Shown here: in pieces, positions 19,113 through 29,237 of the stretch
Numbering within the stretch: position 1 is the first letter of the stretch
How the letters are laid out: the number at the start of each line of letters is the position of its first letter
DNA from: Alphaproteobacteria bacterium
GTDB taxonomy: Bacteria > Pseudomonadota > Alphaproteobacteria > JAAXGF01
DNA length: 64,000 bases
NCBI GenBank assembly: GCA_963555825.3
Contig: CAUVXB020000001.1
Location: 864,001-928,000, forward strand
Direction of reading: 5' to 3'
Made by a program: the position numbers and the translations under genes
Notes under the pieces: model-generated
Told to the model about the DNA's origin: nothing
The model's input: only the letters and a program-made list of their open reading frames with translations
The model's database searches: none

Positions 19113-20913
19113 GACGGGGCGGTAAAAAGTTGTTGGCCGATGGCGTGCTTGTACAGGTCTTTGCGGTTCGGTGAAGAATATTTGCCTGTCTCCGCGTTGC
19201 TGGTGGATAAAACCTGATATTACCTACCCTTGGCTTCTCCTTGGCTTCGTTTTTTATGGTGCGATTGCCGCGCAGCGTCGGATATTGAGGCCGAGGGCAC
19301 GCAGATTGACCACGTAGCGCATGGCCGGCATGCCGCGAATGCGTAGGTGAGCCAGGTTCATCTGGTACTTTAATCGCGACATGGTCGCTTCTATGCCGGC
19401 CCGCCATCTGTAGACGTTGCGGAAGGCATCGCTTTGTTCATAAAGCCGGCGCTTTTGGTTGGCAGCCCTGGCCGGGGTATATTGAAAGCGGGAAAATTGG
19501 CCGTCACGCTTGGCCGCCTGCACGGGACATCGCAGTATATCGGGACATTTTTGGCAGATGGAGAGGTCGAAACGGGCCTGCAGCTTGGCTTTGGCGAGCG
19601 AGGCTGAAACCGGTTCGACGTTATTGGGACAGCGCAAGACCAAGCCTTCTTCGTTGAGAGTGAAATCCTCCAACGTCAACCGTCCCGAGACGGCGCCTTT
19701 CGGCGGTCGTGCGGGCGCCACGAGATTGATGTTCTGTTCGCGCGTCAGAGCCATGTTGTCACTGGAACCGTAATGTGAATCACCCAGCATCACCGCCGGC
19801 GTCAGCGCGCGCTCGCTCAGATCATCCAGCGCATCGGCTAAGCGATGGCCGTCATGCACCGTCATCTTGTGGACCTCCACGTGGGTGATGAGGTCCGGTG
19901 TCGCGGCAACCGCCTCGTTACTGACATCTTCACAATAGGTTTCGACGATCTGCGCCATGTATCCTTGACCCTTGTGCGCGTTGTAGCTCGCGTCCGGGTC
20001 GGCCGGATTGCCGACGGTATCGCACGGCACATCCTTTGGATCTCGAATCGCGGCGCGCGTTGCGTCACGATCGCCATACTCATCATCAACGATCTCGAAC
20101 TGATCGCGCAGAACCCTCTCCAGGATCGCAAAACTGGAAAGCTTTGCCGCCGCCGTGTCACGGAATTGCAGCACCAGGGCTAGGAGATACTGACCCGCTT
20201 CGCCGAGGCGCCGTTTTGAAACACTCGGCGCCGTATTCGCGAACGCGCCATTACCCTCGCGATCGACATAGCGGCGGATCACCTCCTTGCTGATCTGCTC
20301 GTGCAGACCGGGATGATATCGCTCAAGCTCACGGGCAAACTTCGAGATGCTCTCAACAACGATACCAAGTCGTGTCAGCGCCCGCATTGCCGAACGAAGG
20401 GCCGTCGAATCCATGCGTTGGTGGCTGGTATCGACAGAGAACCCCTGCACCAGCCGATCCGTCAAACACCGGAACAGCAATTCATCGAGACCTTGTTCGA
20501 TAAACAGACGGCGATAGTTGCGCAGGGTTTTCTCACAGAAATAGCTGTCCGCTTCGCTGCGCACGTCCAAGGCATAGTGCCACGCCATATTGAAGGCCAG
20601 GGCCTCGACGGTCTCTGCATCGCTCAGATCGTGCAGCTGCTGCAAAAGCAAGACCCCGATGACAACGTGTAGATCCTTCGATGGTCGGCCCATGCGTTCA
20701 TCAAGGTGACGGCAAAGATCGTCAACCGGAAGTTCGACAAGCAGATGGTTCCGAAAAACCCCGGCCCAGGATTGCTCCATCAGGCGCCGACGTTTGTCCC
20801 CGAAATCGGACCAGCGATCAAACAATTCCCCAGTCCGTCGGTCGCGTAAAGTAAACATGCACAATTATAATCCAGCCGACTCTCATGAGGAATCGACTTT
20901 TTACCGCCCCGTC
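19113..20913 (-). mobile_element. IS1182-like element copy 2 (1801 bp), TSD GAATCTT
   Basis: 18-bp IR GACGGGGCGGTAAAAAGT at both ends; GAATCTT at 19106-19112 and 20914-20920. Confidence 0.95.
19254..20858 (-). CDS. IS1182-family transposase
   Basis: Identical translation to 611..2215. Confidence 0.88.
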   Translation of the reverse strand: MFTLRDRRTGELFDRWSDFGDKRRRLMEQSWAGVFRNHLLVELPVDDLCRHLDERMGRPSKDLHVVIGVLLLQQLHDLSDAETVEALAFNMAWHYALDVRSEADSYFCEKTLRNYRRLFIEQGLDELLFRCLTDRLVQGFSVDTSHQRMDSTALRSAMRALTRLGIVVESISKFARELERYHPGLHEQISKEVIRRYVDREGNGAFANTAPSVSKRRLGEAGQYLLALVLQFRDTAAAKLSSFAILERVLRDQFEIVDDEYGDRDATRAAIRDPKDVPCDTVGNPADPDASYNAHKGQGYMAQIVETYCEDVSNEAVAATPDLITHVEVHKMTVHDGHRLADALDDLSERALTPAVMLGDSHYGSSDNMALTREQNINLVAPARPPKGAVSGRLTLEDFTLNEEGLVLRCPNNVEPVSASLAKAKLQARFDLSICQKCPDILRCPVQAAKRDGQFSRFQYTPARAANQKRRLYEQSDAFRNVYRWRAGIEATMSRLKYQMNLAHLRIRGMPAMRYVVNLRALGLNIRRCAAIAP

Positions 20914-21001
20914 GAATCTTGTGTACGGCGTTGAAATGAAGGCGGCGTATCCTGGTGATTGTTGATGTCACCACTTGAGCTAAGCCAAGGAAGGATACGC
21001 C

Positions 21002-22246
21002 ATGAAAGAGAATACCGTTGTTGCTTTTCAAAACCCATCTGATTTTCAGAAAGATCCGTTGACGGAAGTCCTACAAGCTGGAGCTCGCGAGTTGTTGGCC
21101 CAAGCCGTTGAGGCCGAGGTCTCCGTGTTTTTGGGTAGCCATGCGGCGCTTGTTGACGCCGCCGGCCGCCGCCGGGTTGTCCGCAATGGATATCTGCCGG
21201 AACGCTTCATCCAGACCGGGATCGGCCCGGTGAGCGTGCGCCAACCCCGTGTGCGGGACCGGGGGGACGGCGCCATCCGCTTCACGTCGGCGATCCTGCC
21301 GCGCTATCTGCGCCGCGCCAAGAGCCTGGAAGACCTTTTGCCATGGCTGTATCTGAAGGGCATTTCCACCGGCGACTTCGGGGAAGCCTTGGCGGCGCTC
21401 CTGGGGAGCTCCGCGCCGGGGCTTTCGGCCTCCACGATCACCCGGCTGAAAGAGGTCTGGGGGGTTGAGGCGGAGCGCTGGCAACGGCGCGACCTCACGG
21501 CCAAGCGCTACGTCTATTTCTGGGTGGACGGCATCTATTTCAGCGCCCGCATGGAGGAAGAGAAGCAGTGCATCCTGGTGATCGTCGGGGCCACGGACAA
21601 GGGACAGAAGGAACTGATCGCCATCGCCGACGGCTATCGCGAAAGTGAGCAGTCCTGGCTCGAAGTTCTGCTCGATCTCAAGCGGCGCGGCCTTGAAATG
21701 GGTCCGCAACTGGCGCTCGGCGACGGCGCGCTCGGCTTCTGGAAGGCGCTCCGCCAAGTCTACCCAGGCGCCCGCGAGCAACGCTGCTGGGTTCACAAGA
21801 CGGGCAACGTCTTGAACAAGCTGCCCAAGGGTCTGCAAAAGAAAGCCAAGGGGCGCCTGCAAGACATCTGGATGGCCGAAACCAGGAAGGATGCCGAGAG
21901 CGCCTTCGACTTCTTCCTGGAAGCCTACGGGCCGAAGTACGACAAGGCCGCGGCCTGCCTGGCCAAGGACCGCGACGTCCTGCTGACGTTCTACGACTTC
22001 CCCGCCGAGCACTGGAAGCATGTACGCACGACCAACCCCATCGAGAGCACGTTCGCCACGGTTCGTCTGCGCACCTACCGGACCAAGGGCTGCCTGTCGC
22101 GCAAGACGGCGATGGCCATGGTCTTCAAACTATGCCAGTGCGCTCAGAGAAAATGGAGAAAACTCGATGGATCGAACCATCTCGCCGAGATCATTCGCGG
22201 CGTCAAATTCGTAGATGGAGAACGCCAGGATCGCGCCGCCGCATGA
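21002..22246 (+). CDS. IS256 (Mutator-like) transposase
   Basis: RNGY, LYLKGISTGD, FWVDGIY, GDGALGF, QRCWVHK, RTTNPIES. Confidence 0.95.
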   Translation: MKENTVVAFQNPSDFQKDPLTEVLQAGARELLAQAVEAEVSVFLGSHAALVDAAGRRRVVRNGYLPERFIQTGIGPVSVRQPRVRDRGDGAIRFTSAILPRYLRRAKSLEDLLPWLYLKGISTGDFGEALAALLGSSAPGLSASTITRLKEVWGVEAERWQRRDLTAKRYVYFWVDGIYFSARMEEEKQCILVIVGATDKGQKELIAIADGYRESEQSWLEVLLDLKRRGLEMGPQLALGDGALGFWKALRQVYPGAREQRCWVHKTGNVLNKLPKGLQKKAKGRLQDIWMAETRKDAESAFDFFLEAYGPKYDKAAACLAKDRDVLLTFYDFPAEHWKHVRTTNPIESTFATVRLRTYRTKGCLSRKTAMAMVFKLCQCAQRKWRKLDGSNHLAEIIRGVKFVDGERQDRAAA

Positions 22247-22266
22247 TCAGCCCATACACAACTTTT

Positions 22267-24067
22267 GACGGGGCGGTAAAAAGTTGTTGGCCGATGGCGT
22301 GCTTGTACAGGTCTTTGCGGTTCGGTGAAGAATATTTGCCTGTCTCCGCGTTGCTGGTGGATAAAACCTGATATTACCTACCCTTGGCTTCTCCTTGGCT
22401 TCGTTTTTTATGGTGCGATTGCCGCGCAGCGTCGGATATTGAGGCCGAGGGCACGCAGATTGACCACGTAGCGCATGGCCGGCATGCCGCGAATGCGTAG
22501 GTGAGCCAGGTTCATCTGGTACTTTAATCGCGACATGGTCGCTTCTATGCCGGCCCGCCATCTGTAGACGTTGCGGAAGGCATCGCTTTGTTCATAAAGC
22601 CGGCGCTTTTGGTTGGCAGCCCTGGCCGGGGTATATTGAAAGCGGGAAAATTGGCCGTCACGCTTGGCCGCCTGCACGGGACATCGCAGTATATCGGGAC
22701 ATTTTTGGCAGATGGAGAGGTCGAAACGGGCCTGCAGCTTGGCTTTGGCGAGCGAGGCTGAAACCGGTTCGACGTTATTGGGACAGCGCAAGACCAAGCC
22801 TTCTTCGTTGAGAGTGAAATCCTCCAACGTCAACCGTCCCGAGACGGCGCCTTTCGGCGGTCGTGCGGGCGCCACGAGATTGATGTTCTGTTCGCGCGTC
22901 AGAGCCATGTTGTCACTGGAACCGTAATGTGAATCACCCAGCATCACCGCCGGCGTCAGCGCGCGCTCGCTCAGATCATCCAGCGCATCGGCTAAGCGAT
23001 GGCCGTCATGCACCGTCATCTTGTGGACCTCCACGTGGGTGATGAGGTCCGGTGTCGCGGCAACCGCCTCGTTACTGACATCTTCACAATAGGTTTCGAC
23101 GATCTGCGCCATGTATCCTTGACCCTTGTGCGCGTTGTAGCTCGCGTCCGGGTCGGCCGGATTGCCGACGGTATCGCACGGCACATCCTTTGGATCTCGA
23201 ATCGCGGCGCGCGTTGCGTCACGATCGCCATACTCATCATCAACGATCTCGAACTGATCGCGCAGAACCCTCTCCAGGATCGCAAAACTGGAAAGCTTTG
23301 CCGCCGCCGTGTCACGGAATTGCAGCACCAGGGCTAGGAGATACTGACCCGCTTCGCCGAGGCGCCGTTTTGAAACACTCGGCGCCGTATTCGCGAACGC
23401 GCCATTACCCTCGCGATCGACATAGCGGCGGATCACCTCCTTGCTGATCTGCTCGTGCAGACCGGGATGATATCGCTCAAGCTCACGGGCAAACTTCGAG
23501 ATGCTCTCAACAACGATACCAAGTCGTGTCAGCGCCCGCATTGCCGAACGAAGGGCCGTCGAATCCATGCGTTGGTGGCTGGTATCGACAGAGAACCCCT
23601 GCACCAGCCGATCCGTCAAACACCGGAACAGCAATTCATCGAGACCTTGTTCGATAAACAGACGGCGATAGTTGCGCAGGGTTTTCTCACAGAAATAGCT
23701 GTCCGCTTCGCTGCGCACGTCCAAGGCATAGTGCCACGCCATATTGAAGGCCAGGGCCTCGACGGTCTCTGCATCGCTCAGATCGTGCAGCTGCTGCAAA
23801 AGCAAGACCCCGATGACAACGTGTAGATCCTTCGATGGTCGGCCCATGCGTTCATCAAGGTGACGGCAAAGATCGTCAACCGGAAGTTCGACAAGCAGAT
23901 GGTTCCGAAAAACCCCGGCCCAGGATTGCTCCATCAGGCGCCGACGTTTGTCCCCGAAATCGGACCAGCGATCAAACAATTCCCCAGTCCGTCGGTCGCG
24001 TAAAGTAAACATGCACAATTATAATCCAGCCGACTCTCATGAGGAATCGACTTTTTACCGCCCCGTC
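22267..24067 (-). mobile_element. IS1182-like element copy 3 (1801 bp), TSD AACTTTT
   Basis: Same IRs; AACTTTT at 22260-22266 and 24068-24074. Confidence 0.95.
22408..24012 (-). CDS. IS1182-family transposase
   Basis: Identical translation to 611..2215. Confidence 0.88.
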   Translation of the reverse strand: MFTLRDRRTGELFDRWSDFGDKRRRLMEQSWAGVFRNHLLVELPVDDLCRHLDERMGRPSKDLHVVIGVLLLQQLHDLSDAETVEALAFNMAWHYALDVRSEADSYFCEKTLRNYRRLFIEQGLDELLFRCLTDRLVQGFSVDTSHQRMDSTALRSAMRALTRLGIVVESISKFARELERYHPGLHEQISKEVIRRYVDREGNGAFANTAPSVSKRRLGEAGQYLLALVLQFRDTAAAKLSSFAILERVLRDQFEIVDDEYGDRDATRAAIRDPKDVPCDTVGNPADPDASYNAHKGQGYMAQIVETYCEDVSNEAVAATPDLITHVEVHKMTVHDGHRLADALDDLSERALTPAVMLGDSHYGSSDNMALTREQNINLVAPARPPKGAVSGRLTLEDFTLNEEGLVLRCPNNVEPVSASLAKAKLQARFDLSICQKCPDILRCPVQAAKRDGQFSRFQYTPARAANQKRRLYEQSDAFRNVYRWRAGIEATMSRLKYQMNLAHLRIRGMPAMRYVVNLRALGLNIRRCAAIAP

Positions 24068-24126
24068 AACTTTTGACAATAGCTCTTCGACATCGTGGCG
24101 GTAGCTCTAAAGTGCAGTAGGGCCGG

Positions 24127-24141
24127 TTGACGCGGCGTCAA
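24127..24141. promoter_or_regulatory. Candidate operator palindrome TTGACGC-G-GCGTCAA
   Basis: Perfect 7-bp-arm palindrome ~75 bp upstream of the first gene of the CoA-ligase operon. Confidence 0.4.
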
Positions 24142-24216
24142 AGTTAGTACCCACTATCGGCCAAGCGCGCAACCGGGCCGGGCCGGCGACCGCGCCCTTG
24201 GGGGAAGGACGCAGCA

Positions 24217-25566
24217 TTGCGCATCCACGACGCCCGTTTCGAGACCGCCGACCGCGACACGGTGCGCGCCTATCAGCTCGAAAGGCTCAAAGCACTGCTC
24301 GCCAAAACCTGGGCGACCAACGACTTCTACCGCGCGCATTGGGCCAAGGCGGGTGTCGACATCGAGGCCATCGACTCGCTCGCCGCGTTCTCGGCGCGCG
24401 TGCCGACCGTCGAGAAGCAGGACTTCGTCGCCGACCAGGCCGACGACCCGCCGTTCGGCCGCCGCCACGCCCACCTGCTGTCGCTCGGCGTGTCCTATAC
24501 GGTATTCATCACCGGCGGCACCACCGGCCAAGGCGTCGAGGTTCACCTGCAGAGCAACGACGACATGAAGGGCACCGAGGAGATCTACCGCTACCAGTAC
24601 ACTTGGGCGGTGATCGCACCCGGCGCCCATACCTTCCTCATGTTGCCGATCACCATGATGGGCGGGGGGCGTATCGAATACGCCGGCGCGGTGGCCTTCG
24701 GGCTCTCGGTCAGCACCGTCGGCAACTATGACGCAGGCCGCAAGCTTGAGCTGCTGCGGCGCTTCCAGCCGACGGCGATCATCGCCAACACCTCCTACTT
24801 CGGCCACCTGGCGGCGGTCAGCGGCGAACGGCCGCCGCTCGATGGACTCAGCCACCTGTTCACCGGCGGCGAAGGCTCGGGACATGCCTATCTCGAGCGC
24901 ATCGAGCAGCAGTGGCAGGCGACCGTCTACGACCGCTACGGCAACACGCAGATGGGCAACGACCACATGTTCAGCTGCGAGGCCGGCATCGGTCCGGCCG
25001 ACCGCCCCGGCCTGCTGCACAACGTCGACCCGCTGGTCTACACCGAGGTGATCGACCCCGACACCGGCCGCCATGTCGCCGACGGCGAGGCCGGCGAGCT
25101 GGTGCTCACCAACCTCTACCGCCTGGATGCGCCGGTCGTGCGCTGCCGGGTGCGTGACCGCGCCGTCTACCACGAGGCACGCTATTGCGGTTGCGGGCGG
25201 CCCTTCGCCGGCGTCGAGGTCGCCTCGATCAGCCGGACCGACGACATGAAGAAGGTGAAGAACGTCAATATCTGGCCGCAGGCGGTCGAGAATGCCTTGT
25301 TCGCCGAGCCCCGGGTCGAGGACTTCGAGATCGTGTTGACCTCCGACGCGCGCGAGGCCGACACCGCCACCGCCCGCATCATGCCGCGCGAGACGCTGGC
25401 CGACGGCGACGCGGCGGGGCTCGCGGACCGCCTCGGCGAGGCCCTGCGGACGCGCGTCGGCATCCGCTTCGACGTCCAGATCATCGAACCCGGCAGCCTC
25501 GATCGTGGCGATTTGAAAGTGAGGCGCTGGAAGGACGAACGCATTCACCGGCATTCTACCGGCTGA
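24217..25566 (+). CDS. Phenylacetate-CoA ligase-family (PaaK-like) acyl-CoA ligase, paralog 1
   Basis: YQLERLKALL, TGGTTG, EVIDPDTG, GELVLTNL, RTDDMKKVKNVNIWPQAVE; TTG start after GGAAGG. Confidence 0.85.
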   Translation: MRIHDARFETADRDTVRAYQLERLKALLAKTWATNDFYRAHWAKAGVDIEAIDSLAAFSARVPTVEKQDFVADQADDPPFGRRHAHLLSLGVSYTVFITGGTTGQGVEVHLQSNDDMKGTEEIYRYQYTWAVIAPGAHTFLMLPITMMGGGRIEYAGAVAFGLSVSTVGNYDAGRKLELLRRFQPTAIIANTSYFGHLAAVSGERPPLDGLSHLFTGGEGSGHAYLERIEQQWQATVYDRYGNTQMGNDHMFSCEAGIGPADRPGLLHNVDPLVYTEVIDPDTGRHVADGEAGELVLTNLYRLDAPVVRCRVRDRAVYHEARYCGCGRPFAGVEVASISRTDDMKKVKNVNIWPQAVENALFAEPRVEDFEIVLTSDAREADTATARIMPRETLADGDAAGLADRLGEALRTRVGIRFDVQIIEPGSLDRGDLKVRRWKDERIHRHSTG

Positions 25567-25620
25567 TCCCAGAAATTTGACAATAGGCGTTCGGTGTTAT
25601 ACATCCTATGATGATATGAT

Positions 25621-26031
25621 ATGTCAATTAAGACGCCTGAACACACGTTGGAATTTCTGTTGGCATTCGACGGTCGCAGGCATTGGTACGGGGGTGGTTA
25701 CCACATCCGGTTCGAGATCAAACGCATCGCCGCAACCCCGATCCGGCCCCACGGATTGCGATATTCCTTCACGCTTCACGGGCCGGACAACAAACGCCTG
25801 ATTGGGTTCGACAACGCACATCCAGTGAGCCCGAAGGGCTCGCGGTTCAACCCGAAAGCCGTTGCCGCCGACCACTGGCATCGTAACGAAACCGACGACG
25901 GAAGACCTTATGACTTCATCGACGCCGAACATTTGATCGAAGACTTCTTCAACGAAGTCGAGCGTGTTCTGGTCGCGCGCGGAATTCCGGTTGAGACGGT
26001 TTCTGTCGAGGCAGAAAGGAAAAAGGAATGA
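25621..26031 (+). CDS. DUF6516/TumE-like putative toxin
   Basis: PHGLRYSFTLH...RLIGFDNAH...DHWH...LIEDFFNEV; lower GC than flanks. Confidence 0.72.
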   Translation: MSIKTPEHTLEFLLAFDGRRHWYGGGYHIRFEIKRIAATPIRPHGLRYSFTLHGPDNKRLIGFDNAHPVSPKGSRFNPKAVAADHWHRNETDDGRPYDFIDAEHLIEDFFNEVERVLVARGIPVETVSVEAERKKE

Positions 26032-26405
26032 AGAGGAACAGGGTTATGAGCCACCGGGTCCTCAAGGAAGAAATGAAGGCGGTGGCGCGTGGCAAAATCA
26101 AGGCGCCCTCGGACGCGGCGGCGCGAAGCTTTAATTCCGTCGAAGCCCTGGTCCGGCTGCTGACACCGGGGAACCGATACCTGCTGTCGGTGATCCGCGA
26201 CCGAAAGCCCAAGTCGATCGCCGAATTGGCGAAGCTCACTAACCGCGCCGCCTCGAACCTGACGCGCACCCTGGCAAAGCTGGAAGGCGCCGGATTCGTC
26301 GAGATGAAGACCGAAAATCGCCGTAAAGTGCCGACGGTCGGAATCGGGAAAATCCTTATCGAGATCGACCCCTATTCCGAGAACGACCGGCTGGAAATAG
26401 CATGA
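26028..26405 (+). CDS. HTH DNA-binding protein, putative antitoxin (HVO_A0114-like)
   Basis: ATGA overlap; SFNSVEALVRLLT, PKSIAELAKLTNRAASNLTRTLAKL. Confidence 0.75.
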   Translation: MKRNRVMSHRVLKEEMKAVARGKIKAPSDAAARSFNSVEALVRLLTPGNRYLLSVIRDRKPKSIAELAKLTNRAASNLTRTLAKLEGAGFVEMKTENRRKVPTVGIGKILIEIDPYSENDRLEIA

Positions 26406-26418
26406 GGAGCAGCGCCAT

Positions 26419-27264
26419 ATGGCCGCCATCGACATCCTGTGCAACCTGTTCACGCCCGCGAGCGTGCGCAAGAACTATTCCGAGAACGAGGAGGAAGCGA
26501 GCCGCTTCGCCCAGGTCGGGCGCACCGACAACCTGATCGGTTACGAGCCCGCCGAATTCATCGCGCGCATGGACGGGCTCGGCATCGACAAGGCGCTGAT
26601 CTGCGCCATCATCACCTGGTCGTACCGCGGCCAGCACCCGATCGAGCAGACCTCCGTCGCGGAGGTCGTCGAGGTCAGCGATCAGTACCCCGACCGCCTG
26701 TTCGGCCTCTACGGCGTCAACCCGATGACAGCGATGGCCGGCGTCGCCGAGCTCGAGCGCGCGGTTGTGGAGCACCGCTTCAAGGGCGTCCACATCCACC
26801 CGCACGGTTTCGACATGGCGCCCGACCACGCCTACTACTTCCCGTTCTACGCCAAGTGCCAGGAGCTCGGCGTGCCGGTCGTCATCTCGATGGGCCACAC
26901 GCTCGACATCATGCCGATCGAGAATGGCCGGCCGATCCGCCTCGACCGGGCCGCGATCTATTTCCCCGACCTCGCCTTCGTGCTGACCCACACCGGCTGG
27001 CCGTGGGTCGAGGAGGCCATCGCGATGGCATGGAAGCACCCCAACGTGTTCCTCGGCACCTCGGCCTATGCGCCGAAATACTGGAAACCGGAAATGGTCA
27101 AGTTCATCAACTCGCACGGCCAGGACAAGGTCATGTGGGGCACCGACTTCCCGCTCATCGACCACGCAGAATCGCTCGGGCAGATCGACGGCCTTGGCCT
27201 GCGCGAGACATCGAAGGCGAAACTCCTGCACGACAACGCCGCGCGCGTCTTCGGGCTGGATTGA
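26419..27264 (+). CDS. Amidohydrolase family 2 protein
   Basis: FKGVHIHP, YAKCQELGVPV, HTGWPW, MWGTDFP. Confidence 0.87.
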   Translation: MAAIDILCNLFTPASVRKNYSENEEEASRFAQVGRTDNLIGYEPAEFIARMDGLGIDKALICAIITWSYRGQHPIEQTSVAEVVEVSDQYPDRLFGLYGVNPMTAMAGVAELERAVVEHRFKGVHIHPHGFDMAPDHAYYFPFYAKCQELGVPVVISMGHTLDIMPIENGRPIRLDRAAIYFPDLAFVLTHTGWPWVEEAIAMAWKHPNVFLGTSAYAPKYWKPEMVKFINSHGQDKVMWGTDFPLIDHAESLGQIDGLGLRETSKAKLLHDNAARVFGLD

Positions 27265-27279
27265 CGGAAGGAGAGAGCC

Positions 27280-28026
27280 ATGGCAGAACAGCCGGTCGCC
27301 ATCGTCACTGCGGCGGGCAAGGGCATGGGCGAGGCCTGCGCGCGCGAGCTTAGCGACCGCGGCTACAAGCTCGCCCTGATGTCGCCGTCGGGCGCCAGCA
27401 CGCGCCTCGCCGACGAGCTTGGCGGCATCGGCCTCGACGGCTCGGTCACCGAGACCGACGACCTCGCCAAGCTTGTCGCGATGACCCTCGATGCGCACGG
27501 CCGCATCGACGCCGTGGTCAACAATACCGGCCACGCGCCGGGAACACAGCACACGTCCGGTCCGGGCTACGACCCAGACCTGCCGCAGACGTTGCTCGAC
27601 CTCGACGACGGGGCCTGGCTCGATTGCCTCGACATGGTCGTGCTCAACGTCGTGCGCATGTGCCGGCTGGTGACACCGGTCATGGTCGCCCAAGGCGGCG
27701 GCGCGCTGGTCAACATCTCGACCTTCGGCGCCAAGGAACCCCGGCTGACATTTCCGATCTCGTCGGCGCTGCGCGGCGCGCTCGCCGGCTTCACCAAGCT
27801 TTTTGCCGACGAGTACGGCCGCCAGAACATCCGCATGAACAACGTGCTGCCCGGCTTCATGGAGAACTGGCCGATGGACGAGGCGGTGCGCCGCACCGTG
27901 CCGGCCGCGCGCGCCGGGCGCATGGCCGAGGTCGCCAAGACCGTCGCCTTCCTGGTCTCCGACGACGCCGGCTATATCACCGGGCAGAGCATTTTGGTTG
28001 ACGGCGGCGTCAACCGCGGCGTCTGA
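27280..28026 (+). CDS. SDR oxidoreductase
   Basis: TAAGKGMG, VVNNTG, NNVLPG, YITGQSILVDGG. Confidence 0.88.
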   Translation: MAEQPVAIVTAAGKGMGEACARELSDRGYKLALMSPSGASTRLADELGGIGLDGSVTETDDLAKLVAMTLDAHGRIDAVVNNTGHAPGTQHTSGPGYDPDLPQTLLDLDDGAWLDCLDMVVLNVVRMCRLVTPVMVAQGGGALVNISTFGAKEPRLTFPISSALRGALAGFTKLFADEYGRQNIRMNNVLPGFMENWPMDEAVRRTVPAARAGRMAEVAKTVAFLVSDDAGYITGQSILVDGGVNRGV

Positions 28027-28037
28027 TTCGGCCCACC

Positions 28038-29216
28038 ATGGCGATCGAGAAATCAGTCCGCGCCCAGATCATGGCGAGCATCGACCGGCTGTGCCGCGAG
28101 CGCATCGCGCCGCGCGCCGCCGAGATCGACGAAGCGGACGAATTCCCGCGCGATCTTTACGCCGCCGCCGCCGAGCTCGGCGTGTTCGGCCTGTGGATCC
28201 CGGAAGCTTACGGCGGCATCGGCCCCGACACGGTCACGCCGCTGCTGATCGCCGAGCGCATCGCGCGCGACAGCGCCTCGTTTTCGCTCTCGTTCTCGAA
28301 CTGCGGCGACGCGGCTACGCCGATCGTCATCGCCGGCTCGGACGCGGTGAAACGCGCGTATCTGCCTGGCATTGCGAGCGGCGCGCTCATTCCGGTCTTC
28401 GCGCTGACCGAGCCGGGCTCGGGCTCGGACGCCGCCTCGATCGTGACGCGGGCCGAGCGCGACGGCGACGACTACGTCATCAACGGCCGCAAGATGTGGA
28501 TCACCAACGGCTCGATCGGCGACGTCTACGTCGTCTTCGCCAAGACCGATCCGGACGCCGGCCACCGCGGCGTCTCGGCCTTCGTCGTGCCGCGCGGAGC
28601 GCCGGGCTTCACGGTCGGGCGCGACGAGACGCTCTTGGGCCTGCACGGCTCGCCGACCAGCGAGCTGATCTTCGAGAATGTCCGGGTGCCCGCCGGGAAC
28701 CGCCTCGGCGCCGAGGGCGAGGGCTTCAAGGTGGCGATGGTGACGCTCGACGAGGCGCGGCTCAACTGCTCGGCCGTGGCGCTCGGCGTTGCTTCCGCCG
28801 CGCTCGAGCTCGCCGTCGCCTACGCCAAACAGCGCGAGCAGTTCGGCAAGCCGATCATCGAGCACCAGGGCCTCCAGTTCCTGCTCGCCGAGATGACGGC
28901 GCAAGTCGCCGCCGCGCGCGCGCTGTGGGAGAAGGCGATCGCCACGATCGAGCGCGAGCGCTCGCGCGAGGCGAGCGTCTGGGCGGCGCTCGCCAAGCTG
29001 GTCTCGACCGACGCGGCGATGCGCGTGACGACCGACGCGGTCCAGGTGTTCGGCGCCATCGGGCTGGCACGCGCCCAGCCGGTCGAGCGCATGATGCGCG
29101 ACGTCAAGGCGTTGCAGATCTTCGACGGCACCAACCAGATCCAGAAGATGCTGATCGGCCGCCACCTGGAGCGCTACGGCTCGCCGATCGGCGACGCCGC
29201 CGACGTGGACATCTGA
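28038..29216 (+). CDS. Acyl-CoA dehydrogenase
   Basis: ALTEPGSGSD, NGRKMWITNG, REQFGKPI, QIFDGTNQIQ. Confidence 0.93.
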   Translation: MAIEKSVRAQIMASIDRLCRERIAPRAAEIDEADEFPRDLYAAAAELGVFGLWIPEAYGGIGPDTVTPLLIAERIARDSASFSLSFSNCGDAATPIVIAGSDAVKRAYLPGIASGALIPVFALTEPGSGSDAASIVTRAERDGDDYVINGRKMWITNGSIGDVYVVFAKTDPDAGHRGVSAFVVPRGAPGFTVGRDETLLGLHGSPTSELIFENVRVPAGNRLGAEGEGFKVAMVTLDEARLNCSAVALGVASAALELAVAYAKQREQFGKPIIEHQGLQFLLAEMTAQVAAARALWEKAIATIERERSREASVWAALAKLVSTDAAMRVTTDAVQVFGAIGLARAQPVERMMRDVKALQIFDGTNQIQKMLIGRHLERYGSPIGDAADVDI

Positions 29217-29237
29217 CGCCGGTTCGACGTTGATATC

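Larger units (their letters stand above)
19095..24085 (+). mobile_element. IS256 family element (~1375 bp native) with both IRs interrupted by IS1182-like copies
   Basis: Reconstructed IRL GAGCTATAACCGAATCTTGTGTACGG vs IRR (rc) GAGCTATTGTCAAAAGTTGTGTATGG. Confidence 0.88.

Noticed and set aside
19084-24095. CGACATCG (19084-19091 and 24088-24095) as the IS256 target duplication
   Set aside because: It needs asymmetric element ends. The left flank matches the TPR repeat through 19094, and joining the flanks gives an in-frame stop rather than the gene's 5' part. Not fully excluded.
25577-25612. Sigma70 promoter for the TA pair
   Set aside because: TTGACA is perfect, but candidate -10 hexamers are at 15 or 24 bp spacing.
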